From assembly GCA_965207375.1 (NCBI GenBank), contig CBDBMG010000002.1, positions 640,001 to 704,000 on the forward strand: a stretch of 64,000 nt of DNA, written 5' to 3'. The notes below the pieces were generated by a model that worked only from the letters and a program-made list of their open reading frames with translations, was not told where the DNA came from and made no database searches. The DNA comes from Nitrosopumilaceae archaeon. Its GTDB lineage: Archaea; Thermoproteota; Nitrososphaeria; Nitrososphaerales; Nitrosopumilaceae. The translations under genes were made by a program, and so were the position numbers. Below, in pieces: positions 1 through 15,652 of this stretch (within the stretch, counting starts at the first letter, position 1; each line of letters starts with the position of its first letter).

Positions 1-216
1 TATTTTGAATTCCAGTTGTAAGGAGCAACAGGTAGATTTATCCTTGCCATATGTACTTCTGGTAGTATTTTATCTTTTAAGTTGTATGAAATTGTATAGA
101 GATTAGTTTAAGTGCATAGGCGATACCACGGAAGTTTCGTAAAGTATTCTGTAAAGGCTACCCACAGAAGAAATCAGCAAAGAAGTCTGTAGCAAAGGAG
201 GCTTCCTTGGCTTCCA

Positions 217-538
217 GTGATGAGGAGAGCAGTGTGTTTGATACCACTGAGGTTTCTGTTCAAACAGAGATTACGCTTACCTTTACGATTAGTGTGGAAG
301 TTCAGTACAATCCATCCAGACTGTTATAAATTAGACACTGCCATACAGTCTGATCTTACCATCCATCCCAATTGTTATAAGTTAGATGCCGCCATTCAGT
401 GCAGCATAGAAAAGGAGAACAAGGAAAATTTACCTCCACAAGACAGCAGCGTAGAGTACATTATGTGTGAATGGAACAAGGATGAGAAATTTTATCCACT
501 TGTAGAAAAGCACAAAGGAGTTTTTAAAGATGTATCAG
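217..538 (+). pseudogene. Exon-like fragment of an unknown, probably transposon-derived protein
   Basis: ORF ending FYPLVEKHKGVFKDVS at a plausible donor (CAG|gttag). No motif I can firmly assign. Confidence 0.25.
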
Positions 539-1299
539 GTTAGACAAAATCCTCTGTTTGTTTAAACATTTAATGCACGATAGTGAGCAAAAAAAGTTAA
601 CATTTCGTAGCCATATATAAAATTACAATTACGCTGCTAATAGCTTTTACAAATTTTTACAAATTGTTACTATGCACCTATTATGATCCTAGTACGCCTC
701 TACTACGTTCCATTGTATCAATAAGTTACACGTTGTTGTGAATGTTGGCACGTACATACAGTATATAGCTACCAAGCCAACGAGTGGAAACGGTAGTGTA
801 AACTCGTGCACATGGTATAAAAATCAAAGTAGTTTCGTACATTTAGCTGCAAATCATTATTAGTAGGTAGATTGCTAGCTATACGTAGGTTTAGATGATT
901 GAATTTTGAAATATGAGTATATATAGGTCTAGCGTTGGTTGCAACTATTTTGTTATATAGGGAAGAGCTTCAAAGAACAGCAGATATGCTATATTTATAA
1001 TCCAAAAGTACATGAATTCTTGACAAACATCCAGTCTCTTCGTGCATGTGGTTTTGAACATCAATATTAATATTATCATGCATACATGTTTATTTGTAAA
1101 ATGTACTACACATAAATAGATTTTGAGCTACTGTTGTTGCTTTCAGCAAATACTTTACTCCGCAGTGACTTTGTCTTGTTAGTCCCTTTCTTTGCAGCTT
1201 GTTTGTACATCTCCATTAATCATTTTGCAAATGAAAAACCTCAGATTACAAACCACTTTTGATAATCTTCTCTAAGCATTACGTAGCTGTTTCTTCTTC

Positions 1300-2260
1300 A
1301 ACACACTCAACATTGTGTCTAAATTACTTGAATACATCATTCATGACAAAGTCATAAAAGATATTTCAGATCAAATCTCTGATTTTCAATTTCATGAAAA
1401 ACCAATCAACTCTTCAGCAACTACTAGTTTTTCTCAATGCCATCCACAAAGCCAACAAAACTCAAATCGATGTACGTAATATACTTGGATTTTGCTAAAG
1501 CTTTTGACCGGGTCCCCACAAGGAATTACTATCAAAACTTTGGACAATTGGAATTACTAAAGATCTATGGCTATGGTTCAAGTCCTATCTTACTGGGAGA
1601 TGTCAATTTGCTTGCATAAATGGCTCATGTTCAAACTTTTTACCAGTCTTATCTGGTGTACCTCAGGGTAGTATACTGGGGCCTCTCCTTTTCCTAGTTT
1701 ATATAAATAATTTATTCTCATCAGTTCAATTCTCTCATACACTGTCTTTCACCGATGACACTAAGAGCTTCAAACTTATTCACAAGGATCAAGATATCCA
1801 ACAGCTACAGCAGGACCTAGAATCTTTAGCCAAATGATCTGAGGACTGAAATCTTTTTTTCAACACAAATAAATTCATACACCTGAGTTTCAACACGAGA
1901 TCTACCACATCATAGTGTTAATGGCACCCCAATTGTATCCACTAGCACACATCGAGACCTTGGTACTACAATTTCTTCCAATCTCTCATGGAATGAACAC
2001 TACACTAGTACATTAGCCAAAGCTTATTGTACCCTTGGGCTACTTAGGTGTATGTTTAGCAATACTATCAATATTCAAGCCAAAAAATCTCTCTACATAT
2101 CATTAATAAGGTCTCGACTATTGTATTGCTCACAAATATGGCATCCATATCTTCTTCGTGACATCACTGCACTAGAACAACTATGTCGTTCTACTAAATT
2201 CATTCACAATGACTATGTGTCTGACTATAAAACACGCCTAATCAAACAGGAACTGATGTA
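1300..2260 (+). mobile_element. Degraded LINE (CR1/L2/Jockey group) reverse transcriptase fragment
   Basis: YLDFAKAFDRVP, SGVPQGSILGPLLFLVYINNL, FTDDTK and LLYCSQIWHPY spread across frameshifts and stops. Confidence 0.9.
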
Positions 2261-2261
2261 G

Positions 2262-2560
2262 AGGAGGAGCAAAGCATTGTGGCTAACCGTGGCAGTAAGA
2301 AGGATGCTGAAGGAGAGGTCGAGCAAGAGGAGTAAATTGTGAGGGTGAACAGGGAGATGACGAAGAAGTCTCTGAGGCTACAAGATGTCAGGATGGCCAA
2401 AGTGTCACCCAACATTGATATTCAGCTGAGCGCCATTCCACAAGAGATTTCTGCAACAGCATGGGGCGTGCTACCTCGAAGGGGGAGGCGATATAACAAT
2501 GACAAACATTATAAGGTAAGTTGGGATAACTTTGTGAGTGGGATAACTTCCGCGATTTTC
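2262..2560 (-). mobile_element. Possible degraded LINE AP-endonuclease fragment
   Basis: Minus strand reads LYRLP...LGD/FGHPDI across a frameshift, resembling the APE motifs YRPP and GDFNxPDI. Confidence 0.35.
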
Positions 2561-2908
2561 AACTTTTTCGATGTGTAACTTCTGATATACTGGAGCAACA
2601 AGCCTAATATCTACTGTGAATATAGCTGAACCTATAGTGAATAACTTGCATCCAGACAATAGATATTAAGTGCTCTGGTTGTGGTAAAACAGCAGTTTAT
2701 TCATAGACATGCAAAACATTACTATCTTAAAAACTTTCCCACTTGTACCTATCTGCAACTTTTCATGAAAAATATCTTATGTATGCCGCACAAATACAAC
2801 ATTAGTTAAACTTGACTACCTATAGCAGTCGGTTTATACGGTTGCTATGGGATTATTTTCGTGTCCCGCTAGCACACTAGATAGTTTGTTTGCATGCGCA
2901 TGTTCAAA

Positions 2909-3023
2909 ATGCCTCAAAGCTATAAGAAAGCTGGTACCAGGAATCATTGGACTACAGACCAATTACACAAGGCAAAAGAAGCTGCTAAGAGTGGACAACT
3001 GAATACTAACAAAGCCGCTGAGA
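2909..3023 (+). mobile_element. N-terminal HTH (psq/CENP-B-like) of a pogo/Tigger-type transposase, truncated
   Basis: MPQSYKKAGTRNHWTTDQLHKAKEAAKSGQLNTNKAAEK fits the MPRxYK..W....L..A....G....AA pattern. Confidence 0.6.
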
Positions 3024-3409
3024 AAAATCACGAAGTTACCCCATTGCGTATTTTTACGTCACTAAATGCCTCAAAATTTTCAAACAAAGCGCTTCGCAAA
3101 TTTACTTTACGTTTGCTGTGTTTATGACCGAAGTTCAGGTAACACCAAAATGCTGCAGTTACAACGTTTCAACTAAAGGATAATATGTTGCCATAAACAT
3201 ATTTCAGTGAAAGAGAATATGGCATTTTAAAATATCAACAAGGTTGTATTCCTTTCATCTAAAGTTTTCCCAGCTGTCAATATATTTGTGATGATTTCCA
3301 TGTTGTATCAAAAGATTTCGTAATACTCTGTAATCACAGCAAATGCTGTAGATCTTTTGATAATCTACTAAACACTGTATATTTGTTGAGATTATAGTAT
3401 TCTGCATTT

Positions 3410-3650
3410 TTTTAAACTAAATGTTATAAATACACTTGAGATTGCTGCAACTTTCATTCCTTTAAATAAACATTTTAATTGCAGTAGGGATTGAGACAAC
3501 TCCTTTAAACTAAACATTTTAATTGCAGTAGGGATTGCGACAACTTTCATTCCTTTAGTATAGTTATGCAGTGTATACACACAGTCATGAGTTGGGATTG
3601 CGACAACTTCTACTTCTTTGTTAATTGCAGTGAGGATTGTGACTCCTTTA
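3410..3650. repeat. Degenerate tandem repeat containing TTGCAGTAGGGATTG
   Basis: Recurring aattgcagtagggattg(c/a)gacaact units. Confidence 0.6.
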
Positions 3651-3829
3651 TATATATATGAAACCTCTTGATAACTGTTGGAATTATTACTACCAGTGTG
3701 TCCAGACCGATACTTAAAAGCCATAGCTAGAATATAGCTAGCTAGCTAAACTCAGACATACCTATATACATACATATGTACAAAGTGATTTATGAATCAC
3801 CATCAGTAGGCATTACAAAATTAATTAGC

Positions 3830-6450
3830 TATTAGCCATACAGATTCCTTTCTTCATAAAATTATCAATCACTGACCAGCTGAAAGTTCTATTTAATCGC
3901 CAAGGTTTCTACAGCGACCTTGCTCATCGTTTTAATCGATATCAAACCGACAACATTGAGGATATTTATAATGGAGTCAAATACACACAATACATGAAGA
4001 AAGGAAAATTTTTAGCTAACAGAAACAACATATTACTTATATGGTAATGGAACACTGACGGAACACCAGTTTTTAAGTCTTCAAAATACAGCATTTGGCT
4101 TCTCTATTTGGCAATTAATGAACTTCCTGTTAATAAACGATGGTCTAACAATAATGTTATATTGGCAGGTTTATGGTTTAGCTCTCAAAAGCCAAATATG
4201 TTAACCTTTCTGCAGCCATTTAAAGAATCTATTTCCCATTTGTACACAGAAGGTGTAGAAATGTTTTCTCCAGATATACAAGGTAACTTTCTCTGTCGTG
4301 CTTTATTGTTTTGTGGAACATGTGACTTATCAGCTAAGGCCATTGTATACAACATAACTCAGTTTAATGGTTACTTTGGATGCACTCATTGTTTACAAAG
4401 TGGAAAACAATTATCACTTGGCTCAAAATCATCTGTGCATGTTTATCCCTTTATTCCAGCTAATCCCACAGGGCCTGATCGTACCACTAAACAGTTGGAA
4501 AAATTTAGTTAATAAGCAACAGAGAAAGGAGAAGTAGTTAGTGGAATAAAAGGTCCCAGTTGGCTATAAACCATTCCTAATTATAATGTAGTAGATGGCA
4601 ATTGTATAGACTGCATGCACTGTGTTCTCCTTAGTGTAACCAAAATGCTTCTAAAGCTCTGGTTTGACAGTGAATATCATGGTGAGTTGTGGTACTGTGG
4701 TACCAAAATTGAAGGGGCTAATTCAAAGCTGATGCAAATTAAACCACCTAATAATATTACTCGAGTTCCCAGAAGTATTGAACACAGAAACTATTGGAAG
4801 GCATCAGAATGTCGTGCTTGGTAACTCTACTACTCTCTTCCTGTGATGTTCAATATCCTTCCTGCAGATTACATAGGACATCATATGCTACTTGTAGAAA
4901 CTGTGCATACACTTCTGTAAGGTTGTATCACACCTACTATGCTTAAAAAGGCAGAAAAACTGATACAGCATTATTGCTTTAAACTGCAGTATTACTATTC
5001 AGAGCGCTTCATGACAGCTAATGTACACCATCTGTTGCACATGCCACGAGTTGTTTCTGATTTTGCTCCACTCTTTGGATACTCTTGTTTTCCTTTTGAA
5101 GGGCTTAATGGTTATTTGCTTAAGCAGATCAAAGGAACCCAACATGTAGCATTACAAATAATAGAAGCTGTTACATTGTCCAAGAAACTCTCAAATAGCA
5201 CAAACTAAACTGTCACTACAGTCTGAGGCAGCAGAGTTATATTACAATATGACGTCTGCAATACAAGTTCCTGAAAGTGCTCAAAATATTGGAGGAAAAG
5301 ATTTTGCCATTGGAACGATAGAAAAAAGGGATCAACTACCAGATATAATTCAAAAGGAAGTTAAATGCAAAGGTAAACAGTTTGAAATTTTTTAAAAAGC
5401 ATCAGATGGCACAAGCATAATGCATTCATTACATTGCGATTGATCAAAAAAAGAAACAGTTATACTGTATCATATCACAATAAGGAAGAACTTTGTCATG
5501 GACAGATCCTATACTACTTTACTGATTATTCACAAATTTTTGCAGTTATAGCTCCATTCACCAATTCAATGTTAGACTATTTTCCCAAGGATGACATTAC
5601 AAGCTGTACAGTTCCACAAATGCATGTGTATAAAAGTATAGAAGACAGCAATCTTCAAGTCATTTCATTGTCTTCAGTTCGTCTTTGCATATCAGTCTCC
5701 TTTAACCCTTTAACCCGCAAAATATTAATAAAATTTTTTACCTGGAAATCGCACCACTATTTTAGTTTTCACGCAAGCTCCAAAGGCCCATTGAAAGCCC
5801 CAGCAATGGCCGAGTGCGAAGCGCACGCACTATTTGTTATACATAAAACAAATCTACGATTTATAAGCTATCTAAATATCTAAACAGTTATATTGTATGG
5901 ATAAAAACTCACTGGTTATGAAGCAATAAACAAGACGGCTTCATTTTCGCTGAAATGAACTTCGGATTCACCGTAACGGCCGCCATTTTTATTTAATATC
6001 GATAACCGATATTTCATCAGATGCAGAATCACGTGAGGAATAAAATGGACGCGACCAGAAGTTCGTACAACCAACGACGGCCGAGTTATGGCCGTTTTTG
6101 TGGCCCCATGTAGCGAAAAGGAAGAAGAAAGGTTCCTTTTTGTTTATTTGAGCCTTCCTGAGGGTGGATGCTTTTATCGGAGATTTTTGCCGATGCGACC
6201 ATTCTGTACAGAATTTAATGGTGAGTAATAATATATAAAAACTTTTATTCTAGGCCTTATAGGATTGAAAGCATGGCAGTTTGTTTGGTTACGGGTGGAA
6301 ATTACCACTATAGTGGCATATGCGATTTCAGTGCTATCACGCAATAATACGCATTATACCACTATAGTGCCATATGCGGGTTAAAGGGTTAAGCAATTAC
6401 CATCAACTACCTTTATTATTAATCAACCCAACTTGTTTGAAAGAGACTAA
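3830..6450 (+). mobile_element. CACTA/EnSpm (CMC) transposase pseudogene, interrupted by a piggyBac-type MITE
   Basis: WNTDGTPVFKSSKYSIW, AINELP, CDLSAKA..QFNGYFGCTHC, DCMHCVLL, WKASECRAW, NVHHLLH..SCFPFEGLNG, with several stops. The C-terminus resumes after the MITE (..PNLFERD* at 6450). Confidence 0.9.
5706..6388. mobile_element. piggyBac-type non-autonomous element
   Basis: TIRs CCCTTTAACCCGCA / TGCGGGTTAAAGGG, flanked by TTAA at 5702-5705 and 6389-6392. Confidence 0.9.
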
Positions 6451-6616
6451 ATAATATACTTATCTATACAAATTATACAGTGTAAATTAATGTAAAATTG
6501 ATGTAATTGACTTAATGCATAATAAATGTACAAATACATAAAAATGCAAACTGTCCAAAACTCTGTTATATCAGATGACTGTGGCTATATAGCTATATAC
6601 TGCATGTATATACATA

Positions 6617-7713
<1,097 letters not shown>

Positions 7714-7730
7714 CTCTATGTATAATCCTA

Positions 7731-8246
7731 CTAGAATGATAAAAATTAAAAATTCAAAGGTAAGTAGGGATTGAATTCAATAGTGCTACAAAAAGTAAGG
7801 AAACAAGGAATAAGATTTTGGGATGAGAACATTCTGGCATGAGATAATTTATAAAAGTTTAATCCCTACTTTTGGCAAATCTACTGAAGTGAGCCAAAAG
7901 TAGGGATTAAACTTTTATAAATTATCTCATGCCAGAATGTTCTCATCCTAAATCTTATTCCTTGTTTCCTTACTTTTTGTAGCACTACTGAATTCCTACT
8001 TACCTCTTAAATTTTTAATTTTTTATCATTCTAGTTTGTTTGCTTTTTATACATGCTAAGCATTCATAATAATCTTCACACAAAATCTTACATGCGCTTG
8101 TTAACAACGCGCTTACATGGCAAAGCAGCTGTGTGACAGCAAATAACGCTCGAAAAACAGCAAAACCTATTTGTGCAAGGCTATAATCTCAAAGTTCATG
8201 GTGTAATAGCGAAAAGAAAACATCATGCCACTGTAACTAATTATAT
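7731..8246 (-). mobile_element. Family A, 5'-truncated copy
   Basis: Reverse complement of the family A 3' half, including the full palindrome (7731-8034). Confidence 0.85.
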
Positions 8247-8272
8247 TAAGGTGTAATAAAGTACTACAAAAT

Positions 8273-8826
8273 ATCCGGGTCTGACCCGGACTCTGCACAT
8301 GCGATATTAATGGTGTCGAATTAAGTGTGCCTGAGGGCAACGATATCACAATATCTCCTCAAGATATTTCGAGATGGGTGACTATACATTGGTATTAGAG
8401 GGATTGACTGTATAATTAGAGTATTTTGATGGCGTCCGCTGCGCACTTCGAAAGTTTGTTTATAAAATTAAAATATACTGCTTTTCAGTGATCACTTGTT
8501 GGGAATTAGGATATGATTAGGATTAATGCCGCATGAAAATGTTACACAGGTCATCCAGTAGGGCCCACGCCCAGTTTATGCATGCAAGAAAGCCGAGAAT
8601 ACTATAGATCCTTAACTGTATGGTTAAGGATCTATGAGAATACATACGAATAAAGCTGTGTTTGGTTAATATATAGCCTGCATCTACATGCTGTAACGCA
8701 GAACCAATTAGTAGTGCCCAGAATGTAAGTTTCAGCACACGCCTCTACTTTAATTAAACCGGGCCACATCCGGGTCTGACCCAGATTACTATCCGGGTCA
8801 GTGATGCTGACCCGGTTTCAACCCTG
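8273..8826. mobile_element. Partial non-autonomous DNA element with CCGGGTC..GACCCGG hairpins
   Basis: Repeated atccgggtctgaccc motifs, ending gacccggtttcaaccctg. Confidence 0.4.
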
Positions 8827-9508
8827 CTCTCTATAGCTTTTCTCAGGGATTGATGGTCTCCTGCTCGAATAGGATTTAAGTCGAGGTTTCAGCAACTTTG
8901 AAAAGTTTGGTAGTAAAGTTACTCTAAACCCTTATTCTTCGCTTATTTCAGTTGTTTAGTCTAAAGGTTCTTACTTGGCTTAAATATTCTATACCCAGAA
9001 TTTATAAGATATAGCTAGCTAGCTAAACTCAGACATACCTATATACGTACATACGTACGATTGCAGTAGTCTCGGCAGTAAGTGATGACTTTCATCAAAA
9101 AGCTCTAACGCTCAACAGTTGCAAACTTAAAGACAAGTATTTATACACTCGCACATCGCTGTGTTCCTTCCTTTGTGAAATTGTTTAGTCCAAAGGTTAC
9201 TAGACGTCCTAAATCATCCCATCTATCACTTCATTTTATTAAAAGAACTACAGCTCGCTCCAAATACAGCTCAAAACAATTTGTTGTGTTAAAAGAAATT
9301 TTGGTCGCCACCATCCCTACCATCTTAATTTGTTTAATCCAAAGAATTTATAAATATTTGTAATTCCAATGTAAATGTATTCTTTCAACAAAACTTTCGC
9401 TGTAATTACACCCTCTGAAATTTCCTTGTTACAAACTTTTGCCTTCATCTTCTTGTTATAGCTATATATTCCTGTTTATGACCATGGGTAACTTGCATAC
9501 AAAGCTTA

Positions 9509-11068
<1,560 letters not shown>

Positions 11069-11093
11069 TTATGTACATAGCGTAAATATTATA

Positions 11094-11315
11094 CCGTAAA
11101 ACCGGAAACTTTGACGAAGGGAAACTTTGACAAAGGGAAACTTTGACGAATTCTTACTACAAAAGCCTTTGACAAAATAAACTTTGACGAATTGCTTGAC
11201 ATCTTCATAGAAAAGGTAGTTATTTGGGTATATTGATTTGTTAAAGTTTGGCGAATTCACTCGGATTTGTTAAATTCGTCAAAGTTTCCACTCGCCAAAG
11301 TTTCCGGTTTTACGG
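11094..11315. mobile_element. Tc1/mariner-type MITE
   Basis: TA|CCGTAAAACCGGAAACTTT...AAAGTTTCCGGTTTTACGG|TA, with internal TTTGACGAA repeats. Confidence 0.85.
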
Positions 11316-11357
11316 TAATTGCTTTTTTTTAAAAGTCACGAAGTTACCCCCGACTTA

Positions 11358-11512
11358 CTGTATTTTTCCGAGATCTTGCACCTTATTAAGCGTCATGCGC
11401 TAATGCGCGCGCGTTAAGGCCTATAAGAAAAATGGAGTCGCTATGGCGGGCTTTAATGCGCGCGCATTAGCGCATGACGCTTCATAAGGTGCAAGATCTC
11501 GGAAAAATACAG
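11358..11512. mobile_element. Near-palindromic MITE (~60-bp TIRs, TA TSD)
   Basis: TA|CTGTATTTTTCCGAGATCTTGCACC...GGTGCAAGATCTCGGAAAAATACAG|TA. Confidence 0.85.
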
Positions 11513-13547
11513 TACCTTATATGTATTTAGTGCACACATGCGTAGTTAGAGATTGAGTGTGCGTTAATAAGATTAGACCGCGTGCTCATAAGGTTGGTGC
11601 TAGAATCGACGCGCCTGGTAGTTAAGTGAAGGGTGGCATCACATATAACACTGTAAAGCTTTATTACATTACATTACTACAATGTAAACATACTCACCTT
11701 GCTCTCTAAAGCCTTACCTTTCTGTCGCTACCGTTAAAACAAACTAATTATACATAATACAATCATAATACGAACAAACCTCAGCTCTTCCCGAGGCTCT
11801 TCCTTTTTCAGCACAAGTAATTCCTTTCACGTGCGCTTTAATGTATGTTCCGGTATATCACGTGTTTAATACTTGCCTTATTTCAAGGGGGTCGCATAGA
11901 AGAAGTAGGATCTGGATAGAAGATAAAAGGATAGTAGCTACAGTAGCGCCAACAGCGCTGAGGTCTGGACTAGCTATTTCCTATTTAGTAGTTGTGCTGT
12001 TTTTGTGAAACTGTTTAATAACTCGCGCAGAAGAGATAAAGTGCAGCTTTAAATTATTTTGTTTTACAGTAGTGACAGAACCTCGGACAGAACGGTAAGC
12101 ATTTAGAGAGCAAGGTGAGTGTGTTTTCTATCAATCTATCGTGTTCTAACTTATTAAGCCTTGCATTGTTGTTCTTTTGCGATATCCTAGTAAAGGCAAA
12201 AGGTCCTTCATTCCTGAAATTCGTCGACAACATGAAATTTAGATATCCAAACATAACCTAGATTTTTATTAAATAACTTTATGTGACATTTCAAAGAGTG
12301 AAGGACCCTCAATTAATTGTAGTCTTGCATAGCCAGACCGTTTTCGTGCTCAGAAAAGGTCTGGGCAATAGAGTTACATGTTTTTCTGATGGGATTCTTG
12401 GGAAATTAATGAAAAACCTAGAGGTGTTAACATGCTTGCACCAGTAATAATGGGGTTGCATCATTTGCACATAAAATGACCCAAAGGTTACTGGCAATAT
12501 TTGAGCCAGAGATGACTTGCTAATCCATCACAGCACTTTCACAGGAAAAAATTCTAATTTCCATTATTGGGAAACTTACAGGGAATTCAGTAATTCCTAT
12601 TATCAAAACCCAACCTTGGATAAATGGAACAAATCCCAAACATGGGAATCTAAGGACTTTCCATATTGGTAATGATACAAAACCCAAGTTTTGGAAATTA
12701 GAATTATCTATGTGGGGAATAATGCCATTCCCATTGCCATTCCCATCTTGGAATTATAAAGGTAATTGCAGTATTTCAATATGGAAATACAGCCATTCCC
12801 TAGGATTATAATGGTAATTGTATTATTTCAATATGGGAATACAGCCATTCCCATATTGTAATTATAGTGATAATTACAGTATTTCAATATGGAAATAGTC
12901 CCATTCCCATCTTGGATTATAATGGTAATTATGATATTTCAATATGGGAATACAGCCATGTATTCCTATCTTGGAATCATTATGTACTTAATAGTAGGGA
13001 TTGGTAGGAAATTGTATGGCTTCCGGAAAATTTTACGCTTTAAAATCAACCTTGCAATAGGCTTTACCCGAAAAACCGGGTAGAATGCATTAGTAAAGCT
13101 GTAATGATGTTGTACCTTGGTTAAATGAAGCACAAGTCAAATATTTCGACCTAATTTATCATTTCTTTTCCATCTGATCAAATTTGTACATAACCAATAA
13201 ACATAATAATTATATCATTTCTTTTCCATCTGATCAAATTTGTACATAACCAATAAACATAACAGTCAACTTTGAAAATTCACCTGTATTTCGTCAGCCG
13301 TAAAACCCGGTTGCGCTAGGTGTAGGGCTCCAGAAATTTCATACAATAAAGGTCATGGTGGCAGATTTACGAAAATGTTATTCCGAAGACAATTTACCCA
13401 CTGCGCCATGGCAATTCATTTATCCTTCATTCCCTTCCTTGTTCTTCTATATTCCTTTAGCAAGGTGCGAATTTCACCGAAGGTGACGATAGCCTGTAGC
13501 AGTTTCTGCTTATTATGTCACACAAAAACCTGGCTTGCACGAAGATA

Positions 13548-14843
13548 TCATTAAGTGCGGCAGTACTTAATAGTAGGGATTGGTAAGAAATTGTACGGCT
13601 TCTGGAAAATTTTGCGCTTTAAAAATCAACCTTGCAATAGGCTTTACCCAAAAAAACCAGCTGGAATGCATTGGTAAGGCTGTAATGATGCTGTACCTTG
13701 GTTAAACGAAACGACAAGTCGAATATTTCGACCTACAGACTACTTTGAAAATTTCGAAATTCACCTGTATTTCGTCTGACAGCCAGCCAGCCAGCCTGCC
13801 GTAAGACCGGGTTGCGCTAGGTGTAGGGCTCCAGAGATTTCACACAATAAAGGTAATGGCGGCAGATTTACAAAAATGTTATTCCGAAGACGATTTACCC
13901 ATTGCGCCATGGCGATTCCCTTTATCCTTCATTCCTTTCCTTGTTCTTTATGTATTCCTTAGCAAGGTGCGAATGTCACCGAAGGTGACGATAGCCTGTA
14001 ACGGCTTCTGCTTATTGCGTCACACAAAAACCTGGCTTGCACATGATATAATTAGTTACAGTGGCAGTAACCTTTGCTGTTTTTCGAGCATTATTTGCTA
14101 TCACACAGCTGCTTTGCCATGTAACTGCGTTGTTAACAAGCGCCTGTAAACAAGCATAATTATTACGTAAGCGCCTGTAAAAAGATTATTATGAATGCTT
14201 AGCATGTATAAAAAGTAAACAAACTAGAATGATAAAAAATATAATTAGTTACAGTGGCACGATGTTTTCGCTGTTTTCGCGTACTTTATCATAGCTGTTT
14301 TTCGAGCGTTATTTGCTATCACACAGCTGCTTTGCCATGTAAGTTCGTTGTTAACAAGCGCCTGTAAACAAGCATAATTATTACATAAGCGCCTGCTGAA
14401 AGATTATTATGAATGCTTAGCATGTATAAAAAGTAAACAAACTAGAATGATAAAAAATTAAAAATTTAAAAGGTAAGTAGGGATTGAATTTGGATTCAAT
14501 AGTGCTACAAAAAGTAAAGAAACAAGGAATAAGATTTTGGGACGAGAGAACATTCTGGCATGAGATAATTTATAAAAGTTTAATCCCTACTTTTGGTTCA
14601 CTTCAGGTTTGCCAAAAGTAGGGATTAAACTTTTATAAATTATCTCATGCCAGAATGTTCAAATCTTATACCTACTTTTGGCAAACCTGAAGTGAGCCAA
14701 AAGTAGGGTTTATAAATTATCTCATGCTAAAATGTTCTCTCATCCCAAAATCTTATTCCTTGTTTCCTTACTTTTTGTAGCACTATTGAATCCAAATTCA
14801 ATCCCTACTTACCTTTTAAATTTTTAATTTTTTATCATTCTAG
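13548..14843 (+). mobile_element. Family A inner copy (self-nested), with internal duplication and doubled hairpin centre
   Basis: Inserted at GATA|TAATT of the outer copy. TC start, CTAG end. Confidence 0.85.
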
Positions 14844-15021
14844 TAATTATTATAGCCTTGGCCAAATAGCTGTTGCTGTTTTTCAAGCTTTATTTGCTAT
14901 CACAAGCTGCTTTGCCATGTAAGCGTGTTGTTAACAAGCACCTGTAAACAAGCATAATTATTATGTAAGCACCTGTAACATTTTGCGCCTGCTAAAAGAT
15001 TATGAATGCTTAGCATATATA

Positions 15022-15652
15022 ACAAGTTGATGTATTACCATCTAAAAACCAGGCGCTTTGTGTAAGTTAAACCACTGTTAATCTACTGTTATTCAATGTA
15101 TTGTAATAGCCCTTAATGACGTCACCAGTAAGTCACATGAGCAGAGACTCATCACTAAGGAACACGAAGCAACGCATGCGAATTTAATTCTTCTGTTTAA
15201 ACCTGCTTTGTACTCCAGTACTTTAGTGATAAAACTTTTTGAAAGTAGTATAAAGTTGAAATTCGTACTGTAACACTATAGGCCAGTCTTCTTTTATAAG
15301 GTTCGCAACCCGCACGGCACACCCACTTATAAAACTAAAGCCCTCCGTCTTGTTAGTAATGTACAACTGGTTAAACGGCTTTTACCGTGTAATGGGTGGC
15401 AAATAGAGCATTACCTTGCTCTTCTTTGGAAGTAACACACGACACGCTACGTTACTAAGGCCCCGCCCATCAACAGTATCGATGGCAAGTGCCGTACAGA
15501 GAAACTGAAAGGCAGTAGGACTCGTTTGGTTGGTTATTCAAACTTCCTTTCATATGAATAGTTTTTAATAGCCCGGGGGGTGGACACATACACACGCATA
15601 CCAACGTCCGCACCATATCAATTTTAAGAAACCAGGCACGTGCATGGTTTAA
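15022..15652 (-). mobile_element. Family B: Helentron-associated (HINE/DINE-1-like) non-autonomous element
   Basis: Subterminal IRs AAACCAGGCG, a terminal hairpin, a short (CA)n tract, and insertion in an A/T run without TSD. Second copy at 30027. Confidence 0.7.
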
